Of a stretch of 64,000 nucleotides of DNA, positions 14,588 through 36,052 are shown piece after piece; within the stretch, counting starts at the first letter, position 1; each line of letters opens with the position of its first letter. Source of the DNA: Paragordius varius (lineage: Eukaryota; Animalia; Nematomorpha); NCBI GenBank assembly GCA_964247055.1, contig OZ176052.1:992001-1056000 (forward strand), read 5' to 3'. The notes under the pieces are model-generated. The model was not told the origin of the DNA. It saw only the letters and a list, made by a program, of their open reading frames with translations, and did not search any database. The position numbers and the translations under genes are program-made.

Positions 14588-17500
14588 TTATTCGGCATCC
14601 ATCAAATCAAACGATAATGTTATAGATTTGCGGGTTGGTACTAATTTTCTAATCGTATAAAATAAATTTAAAAGCATATGTAAAAATAATTGATTTTTTC
14701 AAATCCAATTAAAAATAATTATGTGTATGATCAAACTTTTTCTACTAATTTTTTCTTTGGAACTAAAAAAATAATATTTAATATTATTTAAAAAGGTTTG
14801 AAAAAGATTATTATGGCTTCAAAATACTTAAAAATTAAAAAAACTTAAAAGATACAGTAAAAACTGCAATAATACGGACAAAACGTAAAAATATAAAGAC
14901 AAATATTTTTTTTATAAAAGACAACCCCATGCTTTTTTAATTAAATTTTACCCATAATTTATTATTTACCATCATAAGAGATATAATTAATATGTTACTA
15001 ATATACATCTCTACTAATCCATACTTTGCAATTTTTATCAATTAATTATCTAAATTTTTAAAAAATGTGGTTGTCATTTAGAAAAAAATATTTGTCTTTA
15101 TATTTTAACGTTTTGTCCCCGAATATAATTTAAATTTTTTGTATATATAACTTTTAATAATTGTAATTTAAACACCTAAACCTAATTAAGGATAGCAAAT
15201 TACAAGGAAATCCAAAGAAAGCTAATTTATAGGCACTGTTGATTATAAAAAATGTTTCTTAGGATTGGTATAATGTTAAAATTACTACAATTTTGATTAA
15301 AATTAACAACTTTACACCTTAGTTAAATTTTTTTAAAAATATACAAAATTTTAATAGACACACAGTAACGCATAATTTTTCAAAAAATCTCTCCCTTCTT
15401 TACTTATGAAAGTAATGTTTGCCATTTCCAGCAGCTTTAAGCTAAAAATTTAATTAAAAAACTACAAATTAGAATATTTTAAACTATCTCTTTTGGGCGA
15501 GGGTTAGGTTAGTAACTGATTTAACACTTGGATACAACACATTCATTTTAGTCCTTCGATTCTAATTGGGGTAGTTAAATGCCCGAGGCCTGTTTAAAAT
15601 TAAATTCTTTAATAAATGGAAGGAATTTAAACCATGGCAAAACGTTGCACTTATATAACATTGATATACCGAAATATATAAAAAATTTTAGTCAAAAATA
15701 CTTGATATTATTTATTTTAAGCTAAAACCGAAAGGTAAAAATTTAGTCAATGTGACAGTATGCAATGGTAAAATTGTAATATATAATAAACCGCTTTTTT
15801 TATTTCTATCAATGTTAGATGTAATGTAAATAAAAAATTAGCTTTAATTTTACCCTTAAAATTATATGAAGACGATATTTTGCAAAAATTTTGTAAAATG
15901 AAAATGGCGTCGAAAGAGTTTGACATGAAACTTTTTTTTCAAAACAAAATTTTGATAATTTGGCATATTTATATAATTTTAATTAGGATAGATGCATATG
16001 GGGACCATTTCCTTCAGCAGTTTTTTAAAAATCCTAACTCAAATGTTGTCTGGGGTATTTAGATATACCCCAATTCGAATCGAAGATATCGAGAAACGGC
16101 TTTTTGGGGCGGCCTCTTTTGCAAATCCCATAGACAAACCCAATGAAATTTTTCCAAAGAATCATATCAAAAAATATGGACCAGATATTTAATTGCTTGT
16201 AGATCACCAGATCCTAGAATAAAAATTCTGAGGTTTGAGGAAGTTTAGTATATATATAAATTGGAGATGTGGGTTTTCCAAGATATACCCAAAATCCTTT
16301 GGGAATCACCACATGAGAAATGAGTTGATGCAGGCTTTGTCTGTGGATTTACATACTCATGGTTCAGACCCGTAAATAGCAACTACTGGGTAAACCATCG
16401 CTTTTAGAATGGGGTTTAATTTGGTCGTTGAAACTCTTATGGCAGAAGAATTCCAAATTCTAAACATATGCGATCTAAAGGTCAGATGCAATTTTTAAAC
16501 CTAAATATTTGCAGTGATCGGTTAGGTTGATAGAGGGGGTTTTGAGTGATATTGGTAATCTAAGGAGTGTTAAAGATCATTAGTTTTTAGATTAAGATGG
16601 GTTTACCTTCAGGCCCATCAGACTTGTTTCGACTGTAAGTCTATATACGATATAAATCATGTCCTGATGAGATTCAGTCAAGAGAACCGTATCATCAGCG
16701 TATCGGAAATTGCACATAGTAAGACCACCGATGCGCGCGCTCCAATATGTTAAGGAAATTCACAATTGTGATTGATTAATGTTTCTGTGTTGTATAATTA
16801 AAATACTGTTCTCTTGACAGAAACTCATCCGAACTGAGTCATATCTTAAATACACTCACAGAATCAAGAATGGGTAAGCTATCCCCATCTTAACAATCCT
16901 CAACGCCCCCCAGATACCAATATCATTCAATACCTCCTCAATCGACTTAACCGATCACTGCAAATATTTAGGTTCAAATAATTGCATCTGACCTTTAAAT
17001 CACATCATATGTTCAGAATTTGGAACTCTTCAGTAATAATAAGAGTTTCAACTACCAAATTAAACCTCATTCTAAAAGCGATGGCTTACCCCGTAGTCGC
17101 TATTTACGGGTCTGATTCATGGGAATAAAAATCCACAGACAAAGCCTGCACCAACTCATTTCAAATGTGGTGATTCCGGAAAATTTTGGGTATTTCCTAG
17201 AAAGCTCACATTTCCAATTCATAGATATGCTAAACTTCCACAAACCTTAGAATTTTTACTTTAAGATCTGGTGATCTACAAGCAATTTAAATATTTGGGC
17301 CACATCCTTTGATCTGATTCCCTGCGAAAAAAACATTCTCATTGTGGGTTGATCTATGGTACTAGCAAAAGAGGCCGCCTTAAAAAGCGGTTTTTCCAAT
17401 CAATATCATTATATACCATTTACAATTCAAATTCACCCTAAAAATAAATTATGAAATTTCGGTCTAATATAACTCATCATTATAATTAAATATATTTTTA

Positions 17501-20202
17501 TGGCAAAGTTTATTATTTTTTCAGTATTATTTTGATGATTACATACAAAGTATCTTTTGTAAAAATATATAAAAAATATAGGTAATATATAATCTTAAAA
17601 AACACATAATTTATTTTAGGGTAAATTTGAATTGTTCAAGGGTGAATTTGAATTGTTCAAGGGTGAACTTGAATTGTTTAAGGGTGAATTTGAATTGTTC
17701 AAGGGTGAACTTGAATTGTTCACGAGTAAACTTGAATTGTAAATGGTATATCAGTTATAAACCTTACTTACACCCTTGACCAAATAATTCGAAAGTCTCA
17801 AGTTAGTTTGGAAAACACTTGTTAAGGCTTTTAAACATCAACAATAAACAACTTACTTACCGATTATTTCAGTACTAATCTTAATTACTTGTAAGTTTTT
17901 AAAGGCAAAATTAAAGGATAAACACAATTTTAATAAAATTTCAAGTTTGCATGTTAAAAGATCACTCTGAAAAACCAGGATTATTTCTCTAATCTTACTT
18001 ACCTGTAAGTTATATTTGCCATATCCAACAGCTTTTTAGAGGCTACGTTAGTGTGACGACCACTTTGCTTATCCGAAAGGTATATAAGCTCTTTAACTCC
18101 GGCTTGAATGATAAGTTTTGCACATTCATTACAGGGAAAAAGGGTTACATATATGGTGGATCCATGGGAATCATTCGTATGTTTATTCAGAATACAATTT
18201 AACTCTGCGTGACAAACTAGGCATATATATATGTATAAATTTTATAAAAAGATGATTAATATGTCAGAATTTTACAAAAATTTTAATGTGAAACAACAGT
18301 AAGATATGTTTATATTATTATATATGCAATAATTCAGCAAAAATAATATAAATTTATTATGATATTTCGATTACTACAAGTAATCTTTGTCAAACGTAAA
18401 AATAAAATTAAATATTTTTACTTTATAATTTAAATTTTAGTTTATATTTTAATTTTATTTTTACGTTTGACAAAGATTACTTGTAGTAATCGAAATATCA
18501 TAATAAATTTATATTATTTTTGCTGAATTATTGCATATAAAATAATACAATCACACTTCAGCGTAAACAATATCCAATATGTTTATAATTATCTTAAAAA
18601 TTATCCTAAACTAAACAAGTATGGTATTCAGTTTTTTTGGCAAAAATTAACTAGGGATAAAAACAACATAAACACTATTTTTGAAATTACCATATTTCAA
18701 GTCAAATTAAGCTTATCTTGTTTGATATGTGTATGGTAATTAAAATATGCATAAAATAACTTAATTATCTATCGTAGGATTCAAAATATGGTTTTAACCA
18801 AGAACAAGGATATTATATGTTTAAACCATAAAAAATGAGCAAAATATTTTTTTATTAAAATAACACCAGACATAATAATATATTTGTTTGATCTGCTTTT
18901 ATAAAGCGAGAGCCAGAAATAATATTTTAGAGATAACTTATGATTTGACAGATAAGGTATAAAACCAATTGCTAGTTTTAAAAATAATTTATAGAGTTAA
19001 ATCCCGCTATATAAATTCCATTCATAAATACATGGTGGATAATTATCGGCATCATGACTGTTTTTAAGTAAGGATAAAATTAAGTTTTTTAAATTCATTT
19101 TTTTACCAATAGCATGATAATATTAAATATTATGTGAATAAATAAATTTAAAAAAATGTTTAAAATTCATTTTGACTTATTAGCCTCAAACACTTGTAAC
19201 ATGGGACATTCAAATTGAAAAATTATATATAATTAAAAAATGAGTTAGTACTTGTTAAAAAATGGTTAAAATGTCTAATAACCAACGTAAGCTAAATAAT
19301 AAATATACTTTGGTTTTTTTCAAAAAGCTTGATAAAAAGAGGTGGGAACATTTAAAGCGGTATATAATTAAAAAATGTAATACATTACGATTATATATTA
19401 GAAAAGTTTAAAAAGTTTAATAGTTTTGAGTAATTTTATTAAAAAAACTCATTATGTGGTGCAATATTATAATAAAAAAGGTTAAAATATCATAAATTAT
19501 GCGTTAAAATATATTACCTACCGTACATATATTTTGTGTTTAAGGGATCTTGCGAATATTTAGTCCAAGGTAATATATCATCACTACACCCGTTCGGCAT
19601 TCCATTATAACCGATTCCAATTATTTTTTTATCTGGGTTAACTAAACAAGCACCTACCTGTAAAAAATATATGTTTTTCAAGAAAAGTATCTAAAAAAAT
19701 ATTCACCTCTAAATTTATAAGAAAGAAATGTTTGTTTTATTTAATTTAAAAAACTAGATTTTATTATTGTAATCTGGTCAAAGCATAATTTGGGTTTTGA
19801 ACCATACAAATAGCTCATTTATAAAATGCAATACTCAATATCTAGAGTTTTTAAAAAAATATTAAATGCTACATGTTTTATAAAACAATAAATATAGTTA
19901 AATGATTCGACTGATAGAAAACAATATTTCAATGTTAGCGTATAAATACAATTATTTTTTAAATTAAAGATGTTTAGAACAGATAGTGGTCAGATAGATA
20001 TATTAAATATATACCTATTATATACATAATTTATACATATAATAAAAAATTAAAAAACAAAATTTACTTGGGTATTTGGATCCTTGCTTCGTTTTGCAGC
20101 TAGAAGTGCAATTCCCATAAAATATTCTTCCCAAGATATGTAATCTGATCGCTTTTTTTGACATTCTTGACTTTCCTTTTCTCCGTTTAAAATTGGTAAC
20201 AT
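14588..20202 (-). CDS. DCTD: dCMP deaminase, 181 aa
   Basis: Exons 20068-20202, 19522-19657, 18003-18216, 14588-14648 (546 nt). Sequence [62 protein letters not shown] carries the Zn-binding HAE...PCxxC motif. Confidence 0.95.
14855..15143. mobile_element. ~280-bp MITE (family CAGTAAAAATTGAAATTATACGGACAAAACG), Tc1/mariner-type
   Basis: ta|cagtaaaaactgcaataatacggacaaaacgtaaaaatataaagacaaatattttt with a degenerate inverted copy at the right end. Confidence 0.7.
15525..16085. mobile_element. ~560-bp non-autonomous DNA element with CAC...GTG-type ends
   Basis: ttaa|cacttggatacaacac start; subterminal inverted repeat cttcgattctaattggggta / taccccaattcgaatcgaag. It is the reverse complement of 61315-61868; the right end abuts a LINE fragment. 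Confidence 0.75.
16086..16745 (-). mobile_element. 5'-truncated, decayed RTE-clade LINE fragment (RT C-terminal half)
   Basis: Minus-strand translation gives [21 protein letters not shown] (YADD at 16691-16702), KYLG and ...[10 protein letters not shown], with stops and frameshifts. Confidence 0.8.
16801..17400 (+). mobile_element. Second decayed RTE-clade LINE fragment, inverted relative to the first
   Basis: Plus-strand pieces [60 protein letters not shown]. It is the reverse-complement homologue of 16095-16690. Confidence 0.8.
17414..17748. mobile_element. MITE family A (TACCATTTACAATTCAA ends, 21-bp subterminal repeats)
   Basis: taccatttacaattcaaattcaccc ... (gggtgaatttgaattgttcaa)n ... 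gaattgtaaatggta; the core is shared with six other copies in the window. Confidence 0.85.
18321..18539. repeat. Perfect 92-bp inverted repeat with 35-nt AT spacer in DCTD intron 2
   Basis: 18321-18412 is the exact reverse complement of 18448-18539 when read base by base. Confidence 0.9.
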
Positions 20203-20264
20203 TTATTTTTTTAAAAAAACACGCTCGATTGAAAATATTTGTCTACATTCATATCTAAATCCAT
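20203..20264. promoter_or_regulatory. 62-bp spacer between divergent DCTD and THOC7 start codons (putative bidirectional promoter)
   Basis: ATG at 20202 (-) and ATG at 20265 (+); both N-termini match their families. Promoter function is inferred. Confidence 0.55.
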
Positions 20265-23200
20265 ATGGCAATAAAATTAACTGAAGGTCCTTTTTACAAA
20301 ATCAAAGCTTTTAAATTTAAAAAAATTAAATTTTGATATAATTTAAAGTTAATTTTGAATTTAGATGAAATTATACGGTATCGATTGCTTATTGATGGAG
20401 AAGGAAGTGGGGATGATAAAAGAATTAATATGTTAATTAAAAATGTTTTGAAATGGCCAGTAAATGCCACCATTGAAGAAAAGTAGCTTAATTATATATA
20501 TCTTTAGGGAAGCCTATCATGAAAAATTAATACTCCTATTTAAACAATGCGAATTAGCCATTAAAAAAGCTCAATCAGTTTACGATGCCAATATCAAGGA
20601 TCAAAATATATATCAGACAAAATTGGAACAATTAGGTATTATATATTATTTATGATTTTATTAAAATTTAATTACTAGTAAACCTTATATTAAAACCTTA
20701 ATCTTTTTAAAATTCTGCTGGGCTGAAGAATATCCTAAAGTTAATATTATGTACTTTGCTTTTTATATAGTTTTTTTCATATTTTATAGATAAAAATATT
20801 GCTGAAATTAACGCTGAATTGGAAAAATGCCAAAATGAATTAATTTTAGCCAAAATGATACAAAAACATCGACAAGGTAGTAACTATAAATTAATTTAAT
20901 TGCAGTAAATAAAATTATAGGGACAAACTTATTTATCCCTTATTAATTTTTTCTATATAAAGTATTTAATTATAATTTTTACCTATATAATTGAACGTGT
21001 TGTCGATTTCCGTCTTTATTTCCTACTTTGCAGTACAATGAGTTATGTTTAAAAAAATCGAGTTTAAAAAGTATGGGGTTGTCGTTTGAAAAAATCTTTA
21101 ATTTTTTCGTTTTGCCCGTATAATATATATGTCATATTTTTGGCCTAATATTATTTGTTAATATTATAATAGTTTTAAAATATATTCCTGCTTATTCATT
21201 TTCATATTTTTTTTTATTTTTATTATGATCCGTGCCTTTTTCTATAGTGAAAAAAGCATTTTTGCCAAACATAAAATTATTTTAAACGTAGTAATAGTGA
21301 TATCTAATTGAGAAAATTTAAAATATTTTAAAATAATGATTCCTCTGTGTCACATTTTTACCGAGAATAATTTAAGATAAAAATATTTCAATTTTCAAAA
21401 ATAAAATTATTTGTTAATTTTTTATCATAATAATTATTTAAATCTGCTTTTTTTTTGTTAAATGATAAAATATTGGATATACAATAAAAATTGTATACGG
21501 ACAAAATGTAAAAATATAAAAAATATTTTTTTCTAAAAGACAACCATTTTAAATTTCGAATTGTTAAAATTTAAATAAATAATTGTTAAAATTGCAAAGT
21601 AGTTTAGAATAGAAATGTACATTGCTAACACAATTAATTATATATTTTATAATAGTAAATAAATATTTGGGTAAAATTTAGATTTACAATAGTATGGGAT
21701 TGTCTTTAAAAATATATTTGTCTTTATATTTTTACGTTTTGTCCATATAATTTCAGTTTTTACTGTGATTGATATGGACACATAATAATAATATCAATAA
21801 TATACTATTTAAAGTTCAAATTAACCCTTGAACAATTTAAATTTACCCTAAAATAAAATATGTGTTTTTCAAGATTGAAAATTACATTTTTTTTTATAAT
21901 TTTTAAAAATGAATTTTGATTAATGATGAGTTATATTAGCCCAAAAACACATAATTTATTTTTAGGGTAAATTTAAATTGTTTGAGGGTCGATTAGAATT
22001 GTTCAAGGGTGAATTTGAATTGTAAATGGTATATATACATGCCTATAAAAGTTAATAGTACTTACTCGTTATTTAAATTTTTACTTATTAAAAATATAAA
22101 TTTTCTTAATATTTTTCAATTTTATATGTATTTTATAACTATAATACTCAATAAATTTCCAAATTTGTTTTCAAAATAATAGAATATGATGAAATAGCTA
22201 GGACCATTGCAAAGATACCAGAACGTGCGGAAAGCCTTGCGTATAAAAAATATTTTAAAATTTTTTATTTTTTAAAAACTTTACAATAAATTTCAAATTT
22301 AATTTTGAATTTTATTTTTTTAAGCAAAATTCAAACCCTGAAAGAAGAAATTAATACGCTAACCACGGAAGGCAAAGCCTTGGATGCAAAAGTAATTGTT
22401 ACAATAAAAAATGAAATTATACGGACAAAACTTAAAAATAAAAAGACAAACATTTTTTTCTAAAAGACAAACATTTTTTTATTCTATATTTTTTTAGATA
22501 TAACTCATTGTTTTAAATTGCAAAATACATAATAAAGATGTATATTACTAGCACAATCAATTCTATGTCTTACAATTGTAACTAAATAGCTTATGTAGGA
22601 ATTGAGGTTTTATAAAGTATAATTACTTTTTTATAAAAATATTTTTAGATTTTGTCCGTATAATTTTATTACTGTAAGTTTTAGGCAATTTTTATGTTTA
22701 GTTATCGGTAAAATTTTCAAAGTACATATAGAATTAAATTAATATTATTAATTAGGATAATTATAAAACAATTTGGCTATTATTTCTATCTTTTTTATAA
22801 TAAACATTTATTATGAATTGAATCTGTTTGAATATAAATTTTAATAAAAATATTTTTTTAAATATATGTTGGTAAAAACAGATAATCAATTAGTATAATT
22901 TAGCTCTTTTACATTTTAAGTTCTATATTAAAATCATTTCATTTGTTTATTTTTACAGTAACAATTGAAATTATACTATGGACAAAACGTAAAAATATAA
23001 AAACAAATATTTTTATCTAAAAGTCGACCATACTTTTTAAAACCTTAATTTTTTTCATATAAGCTAAGTTACAATTGTAAAATATAGTAATGATTGTGTT
23101 ACCAATATACATCTCTATTTAAGACTTTGCCATTTAAAATAATGAGTTGTATTAAAATAAATCAAGATTTGTTGTCTTTTTTTAAAAAAATATTTGTCTT

Positions 23201-23636
23201 TATAAATTTACGTTTCCGTATAATTTCAATATTTACTGTAAATATTTTATGAATACATAATTTATATATTTCTAATTTTCCTTCTATAGTTTGAAGCCGT
23301 TCAAAACCAATTTTCATCTTTTATGCAAATGGGACTTTATATGCAAAATTTGTTGGATGTCTCACCTTCTGGTAATTAATTGAATTTTTAAAAAATATTT
23401 TGATTCAATATAATTTAAAAAATAATATATTTTTTTGCAATAAGTAATATATTTTTGTTTAAATTTTAGATTTTTTGAAAAAATCACAATCCGATGCAAA
23501 AGTTGATGCCAAAAACCTTCCAAATACAAACAATAATAATATTATTAATGTTTCAATATCAGAAAAAGTTGAAAACACAAATCTCGTGAGCGAAAATAAT
23601 GAGAAACTCGTTAAAAATATGGAAATTGCTAATTGA
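20265..23636 (+). CDS. THOC7: THO complex subunit 7, 242 aa
   Basis: Exons 20265-20286, 20365-20482, 20508-20635, 20790-20876, 22183-22240, 22325-22391, 23290-23371, 23470-23636 (729 nt, phases consistent). Sequence TEDEIIRYRLLIDGEGSGDDKRINMLIK..QCE..VYDAN..KHRQEYDEIARTI..PERAESL matches THOC7. Confidence 0.92.
21482..21765. mobile_element. MITE, CAGTAAAAATTG family
   Basis: tacaataaaaattgtatacggacaaaatgtaaaaatata ... tttacgttttgtccatataatttcagtttttactg. Confidence 0.75.
21803..22031. mobile_element. MITE family A, internally deleted
   Basis: tactatttaaagttcaaattaacccttgaac ... agggtgaatttgaattgtaaatggta. Confidence 0.75.
22402..22674. mobile_element. MITE, CAGTAAAAATTG family, 10 nt from a THOC7 splice donor
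   Basis: tacaataaaaaatgaaattatacggacaaaac ... ttttgtccgtataattttattactgta. Confidence 0.75.
22956..23238. mobile_element. MITE, CAGTAAAAATTG family
   Basis: ta|cagtaacaattgaaattatactatggacaaaacg ... cgtttccgtataatttcaatatttactg|ta. Confidence 0.8.
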
Positions 23637-23699
23637 ATTGATTATTATGTCAAAATAAATTATTTTATATAATAATATAGCAAGACATAGAATTTATTA

Positions 23700-23930
23700 A
23701 ATATTGAAATTATGCGGACAAAACATAAAAACATAACGTTCCAAAAGATAACCATAAACCTAATTTTTTTCCATAATTTATTACAATTCAATATATAATG
23801 GATTGTGTTACCATTTATAAATCTATACTTTGCAATTTTAATTAGGCAAAAATTAAAAATCAAAAAGTAGCGTTGTCTTTTAGAAAAAATATTTGTCTTT
23901 ATATTTTGTCCTTATAATTCCAATTTATAC
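23700..23930. mobile_element. Degenerate MITE, CAGTAAAAATTG family
   Basis: attgaaattatgcggacaaaacataaaaa ... gttgtcttttagaaaaaatatttgtctttatattttgtccttataattccaat. Confidence 0.6.
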
Positions 23931-23994
23931 CATATATTGAATACAAATAGGTTCACAGTTTGTTTAATTCAAATTTAGTCAAAATCAAGACATA

Positions 23995-24150
23995 GGTATG
24001 GGTTGATTGTTAAAAAGTAATATTTGATTGTTGAAATGTAATGGTTGATTGTTGTAATATTTAAATTAGCACGGGTGATATAATTCGATTGTTGAAAAGT
24101 AATATTTGATTGTTGGAAATTATATAATCTTTGGTATAATTTGATTGTTG
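23995..24150. repeat. Degenerate minisatellite (core GATTGTT, about seven copies)
   Basis: Repeated gattgtt(g/a)aaaagtaatattt-like units downstream of THOC7. Confidence 0.55.
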
Positions 24151-24449
24151 AATTATGGTGCCTAAGTTTAAATGAATAATAATTATTATCATTAATTTAT
24201 ACATGACTTTTTGTACAATTAATTCTAATCTTGTGTTGTTTTGAACATTTTAAAATAAATATGATTGTAAAGTATATATTTTCCGGTCAATTATAAGAAG
24301 AAAATTTTGGATGTCTTATTTTACGGGGCGATCTCCACACTATTTATCAATCTGTCAAAATAATACTTTATTCCTAATTAGAAATTGAAATTGTGTTATA
24401 TAAACACTGGATTTTTTCTGTTTAAACTATCCCTTTTTTGCCAGACATA

Positions 24450-24719
24450 CAGTGAAAATTGAAATATACGGACGGACTAAACGTATAATCATTTTTTGAA
24501 AAACGACAATTATAATTTTTAACTTTGTACATAAACTATGTAATTACAAATATGAAATAAATAATTGAGTTATAGTTAGCAATTTACTTTTCTGTTTCCT
24601 TTTTTTGCGCCCCAAAACAATATATTATAAATAAATTAAAAAGTATGGTTGTTTGTCTTTTTAAAAATAATTGCCCTTTAGCTTTTACATTTTGTCTGGA
24701 TATCTATATAATTTTACTG
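24450..24719. mobile_element. Degenerate MITE, CAGTAAAAATTG family
   Basis: ta|cagtgaaaattgaaatatacggacgg ... ttttgtctggatatctatataattttactg|ta. Confidence 0.65.
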
Positions 24720-26059
24720 TAATATGAACTTCAATCCTGTATACAAATTATAATTGGAGGATAAAAAATAGGCAGAAACGGTGATTTTTATTCTTTTACA
24801 CACTAAAAGGTATAAAACGAATGGCACTTTACGAACTAAAAATTATCAAAAGTAACTTCTCTTTAAAAAGTGAAATTTGTAGTCGTAACTTTTTTAAAAA
24901 TCATACCTTATGGATGATATATCGATTAAATAAGCTTCCTGAACCCTTTTGCACTAATAAATTTTCAAAAGTGTGTTTGTGAAAGTATACCTAATTTTAA
25001 CCAAGTACATTATAACTATTACATATTGCAAATTTTGGCAATCTGAAATGTTACGGTATTTATTGTGGAATAAAAATTTTATATCAGTAAATCTGTAAAA
25101 TCATGAGTTGTACACAATGGCGACATGTGTTGCTTGGGTAAAAAGGATCGCCCCAATAAACCACAAAGTAGCAATATTATGATTACCTCGTGGAAAAAAA
25201 CTCTGAATACGGAATTCTGATTTTGATCTGTCTACCTATACTAACCAACCTATGATTTAATTAATTATTAACACTTTTATTTCCAATAAAGCTGTATCAC
25301 AAATCGTTCTTGCATCTGATTAATATAATTTATTGTTTTAAATAGCTTAATCGAATAACAAATTATTTTTTATTGATAAAAATGAAATATATTAAAAAAA
25401 TAAGTTAATTAACAAATATAAATAGGAAAATATGGTCAAAATAGGGCTTTTAAAACGAATCGTAACCCATTATGCTAAATTGCTATATCCTGACTCTATA
25501 TAAAAAATTTGAAAAAAAATATAATTCAATTACAAAATATGTACGTAATTTAAGCTCTAAAATCGTTAAAATTTCGCTTTTTACTTATTAAGAAATAACT
25601 TATAATGTTATTATATCAAATGAAATAAAATGTAAAATTAAAATTTAATTTATTCGAGGTTCTAATAAACTTACTATGGCTAAAATATATTATATAATAT
25701 AATTAATAATTGACTAGATGATTGAATAATGAATGATGATTTCTACAGCTGATATATTAACATAAAGGGCACACAAATAGAATAGAGATGGAATTAAATT
25801 TGGAAATATATAACACAATTCTTTTCAACATTTTTGTGATATCACAATATAATAATAAAATTTATACATATATTATATATACTTTAAGTGAGAATGATTT
25901 CACTATAATATAAGCATTATTTTTTTAAAAAGTACACATTTTTCCATTATATTGCACAAAAATATACTTATTCTAAAAAATTATAGGGGGAAAAATTGGA
26001 TTAAATAATTGAAATATCAGCTTTTTAGACACAATTTTTTTAAGCTTTTTAGCGCGAAT

Positions 26060-36052
<9,993 letters not shown>

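Noticed and set aside
20464-20655. Supplied ORF MPPLKKSSLIIYIF... as a gene start
   Set aside because: It is THOC7 exon 3 read through the 25-nt intron from an out-of-frame ATG.
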